Below are positions 61,573 through 64,000 of a stretch of 64,000 bases of DNA, piece after piece. Origin of the DNA: an uncultured delta proteobacterium (GTDB lineage: Bacteria; Myxococcota_A; Polyangia; Polyangiales; Polyangiaceae); NCBI GenBank assembly GCA_963841435.1, contig CAWJCS010000002.1:608001-672000 (forward strand). Direction: 5' to 3'. A program made the position numbers and the translations under genes. Each line of letters opens with the position of its first letter. The stretch's first letter is position 1. The notes beneath the pieces were generated by a model. That model was not told the origin of the DNA and searched no databases. It was given only the letters and a program-made list of their open reading frames with translations.

Positions 61573-62635
61573 TTTGGCTGAAGCCCACGCTCAGTGCGAG
61601 CGCGTTCACCATCTCGATCTGCACGAGCCGACCGAGCGCCGCGAGCGCGTCGACGGCGCGGCTGACGTCGCGCGGGCTCTCGCTCACGGCGCGAGTGAGC
61701 GGCTCCGGCACGGCCTCGACCGCCGCGCGTGCCGCGGTGAGTCGCTCGGTCATCACCCCGTCGAAATCGTGCCCGCGCGAGCGCAAGTACCGGCCTAGCC
61801 CGCTGCCCGCAGGGTCGCCGAAGTAAACGAGCGAGACGCCGTCGAGCGCGTCGCCGAGATCCGCGAGCGAGCGGCCGCTGAAGCGGGACTCGGCGGCGTC
61901 CGGGGCGGCGCTGCCCTCGGGTGCCTGTCCCAGTGGCTTTTCCAGTCGATCGATGCGCATCGCTTCGAGCGAGACGCCGAGCTCCTGCAAGACCGCCGAG
62001 ACGGCCAGCGTGAGCGACGCGTAGCGCGAGCTCGTGCGACCGGCGCCGACGAGCTCACCGAGATAGTCGTCGCCCGCCGGGTCCCAGGCCGCACGCAGCT
62101 CCGTGGCGCGGACCCGGAGGTCCTCCGTGAGCGCGAGCAGGTATTCGCAGCGTCGCGGAGTGTCCGAGAGCTCGGCGACGAGGTCCGCGTTCGGCTCGTA
62201 GAGCAGATACTCGATGGCGGGCATGCCCTTCTCGGCGGCGCCGAGCGTCGTCGGCCCCTCGTCGTCGAGCGTCAACGTGGAGGCGAGCACGCCTTCGATG
62301 GCGGCCGGGCGTGCCGGCCAGAAGTCGATCTTCGGGCCCAGCCTGAGCGGCTCGTCCGAGTAGGGGCCGAAGGCGAAAGCGTCCCCGCGCTTGAGCGGCG
62401 CGCGTGCCTCCCACCATGCACCGCGCGCGGACTCGAGCGAGCCGTCATCGGGCATCTCGCAGAGCGCCTCGGTCTCGTCGCGGAGCACCTCGGTGCGCGC
62501 TTCGAAATCCCGATAAACCGGCAGCACGACGCCGCCACCGAACGATTCGAGCCACGCGCGGCGCGCGTCCGGCACCTCGTACGGACTGCACGCACCGGCC
62601 ACGAAAAAGAGGGCGAGCGGTAGCGAGCGCCTCAC
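61559..62635 (-). CDS. Imelysin-like (peptidase M75 fold) lipoprotein
   Basis: AGAC lipobox; AR.AW, FGP, IDFWP, KGMPAIEYLLY, ESRFS..SL, C-terminal GFSQNDGD. Confidence 0.88.
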   Translation of the reverse strand: MRRSLPLALFFVAGACSPYEVPDARRAWLESFGGGVVLPVYRDFEARTEVLRDETEALCEMPDDGSLESARGAWWEARAPLKRGDAFAFGPYSDEPLRLGPKIDFWPARPAAIEGVLASTLTLDDEGPTTLGAAEKGMPAIEYLLYEPNADLVAELSDTPRRCEYLLALTEDLRVRATELRAAWDPAGDDYLGELVGAGRTSSRYASLTLAVSAVLQELGVSLEAMRIDRLEKPLGQAPEGSAAPDAAESRFSGRSLADLGDALDGVSLVYFGDPAGSGLGRYLRSRGHDFDGVMTERLTAARAAVEAVPEPLTRAVSESPRDVSRAVDALAALGRLVQIEMVNALALSVGFSQNDGD

Positions 62636-64000
62636 AGTGACTCCACGAAGACGACGAGCGCCGAGCGCTCCTCCAACGTCATGCTGCGGAACGCCTCGCG
62701 CGAGCTAGCGCCCTCACCGTCGTGCCACAGAACGGCTTCGGCGACGCCGCGAGCGCGCCCGTCGTGCAATAGGCGGTCGTGGCCGTTGACGGCAGGGACG
62801 CGGCCGACGCCCCAGAGCGGCGGTGTGCGCCACTCGCTCCCACCGGCGCCGAAGCTCGGGCGACCGTCGGAAAGCCCTTCGCCGAGGTCGTGCAGCAGAA
62901 GATCGGTGTACGGGAAGATCACCTGATGGGAGAGCTCGGGTAGATCCTCGACGTTGCCGGTCTCGTGTCGCGGGACGTGGCAGCGATCGCAGCCCGCGCT
63001 CGAAAAGAGCGCCTGCCCGCGCCGCACGGGCGCCTGGGCCGCGTCCTGTCGCGCCGGTACGGCGAGCAGCCGTGCGTAGATCTCCACGCGGTCGAGGATG
63101 TCGGGACCGACCTCGGGGTCGCCGCCCGTCACGCGTGCGGCGCATTCGCGCTCGGCGGCCGTGCAGTCCTGCTCGACGAAGAGCGGTGTCGTGAGCCCGA
63201 GGTCGCCGAGGAAGGCGCCCGCGGCTTGCTGGCGGACGGAAGGCTGCTCCGCTTTCCAGCCGAAGCGCCCCGGCTCCTCACGGCCGAGCGCCATGTCCCA
63301 CACGCGATTGAGGCGCCCCGAGATGCCGTCCTCGTCGGCATCGTCGGGATCCTCGAGCGCGTCGAGCCGCTCGACCGGTATCGCCTCGAGCAGGCCGAGG
63401 CCGATCATCGCGGGCGCCACGCGCGGTGACACGACGAGCTCTGGGTCGAGCTCGCCGTAGCCGGGCTCGTCGATGCCGTACGTCGGGGCGAGCAGCGTGT
63501 ACGGCTCGCCGTCGGCGAACGTTCCGGCCACCTCCTCGACCTCGAGTCGCGGTGTCCCCTCGACGGGCACGTCGTCGATCGCGAACGGCTGGAGCTGTCC
63601 GCCGTACGTCGGCTCCGGCAGGGGCTCGCCGTGGGGGCCGCGCCCGGGGACGCCGAGTCGCAGGAGCAAGCCGAGGAACGCCTCGTGCGGATTCGAGCGG
63701 CGGCCGGCCGCGGCCATCCTTGAAGTGGCACGCCGCGCACGAGCGTGCGTTGAAGAGTGGTCCGAGGCCGTCGCGCCCTGCCGTGCTCGAAGGCGCCTGC
63801 ACCCAGGGCTGGTTGAAGTACGCATTGCCCGCGAAAAAGAGCGGCTCGTGCTCGTCGCTCAGATTCGCCGCGGGCAGCGTGAAAGCGTTCGAGCCGCCGA
63901 GCAGCGTGTTGGTCGTGGCGCCGCCCGGCATGCGTTCCTCGAGCGCGGGTGACGTGTCCGATGGAGCTTGCGTCGAGCCGGAGCAGGCGAGCGTCGCGAG
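62632..64000 (-). CDS. Di-heme oxidoreductase-like (DUF1111/DHOR) cytochrome c lipoprotein; 5' end outside the window; +1 frameshift near 63692-63693
   Basis: LAC lipobox near the edge; DGLGPLFNARSCAACH (heme 1); SPRVAP..IGLGLLEAI, DGISGR, GRFGWKA, CDRCH (heme 2), YTDLLLHD, EWRTPPLWG, LHDGRAR. The two track ORFs join if one base is removed. Confidence 0.88.

Overview
A very GC-rich (about 70% by eye), gene-dense bacterial chromosome segment. Gene content (MYXO-CTERM-like protease, TPR/PEGA proteins, Gly/Cys-rich lipoproteins, DZR-FHA and GYF_2-like proteins, pseudokinase) points to Myxococcota, probably Polyangiales (inference). About 57 protein-coding genes are supported. Housekeeping and repair genes include hppA, kup, mutS2, ku/ligD, atpF'FHAG, folK, a ClpA/C-type ATPase, ruvA, a Nudix hydrolase, comF, dsbD and glgC/glgA(glgM). 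There is also a WYL-regulator/VOC module with a tandem palindromic operator, a surface/secreted-protein region (about 18.9-28.1 kb) with a strong sigma54 promoter and upstream repeats, and an operon of di-heme cytochrome, imelysin and vitamin-K-carboxylase-like (HTTM) genes at the right edge. Four genes carry apparent +1 single-base insertions, probably sequencing errors. I saw no rRNA, tRNA, CRISPR array, IS element or prophage. Most long ORFs in the supplied track are GC-rich antisense or alternate-frame shadows. All family assignments come from motif recognition; no database searches were run.
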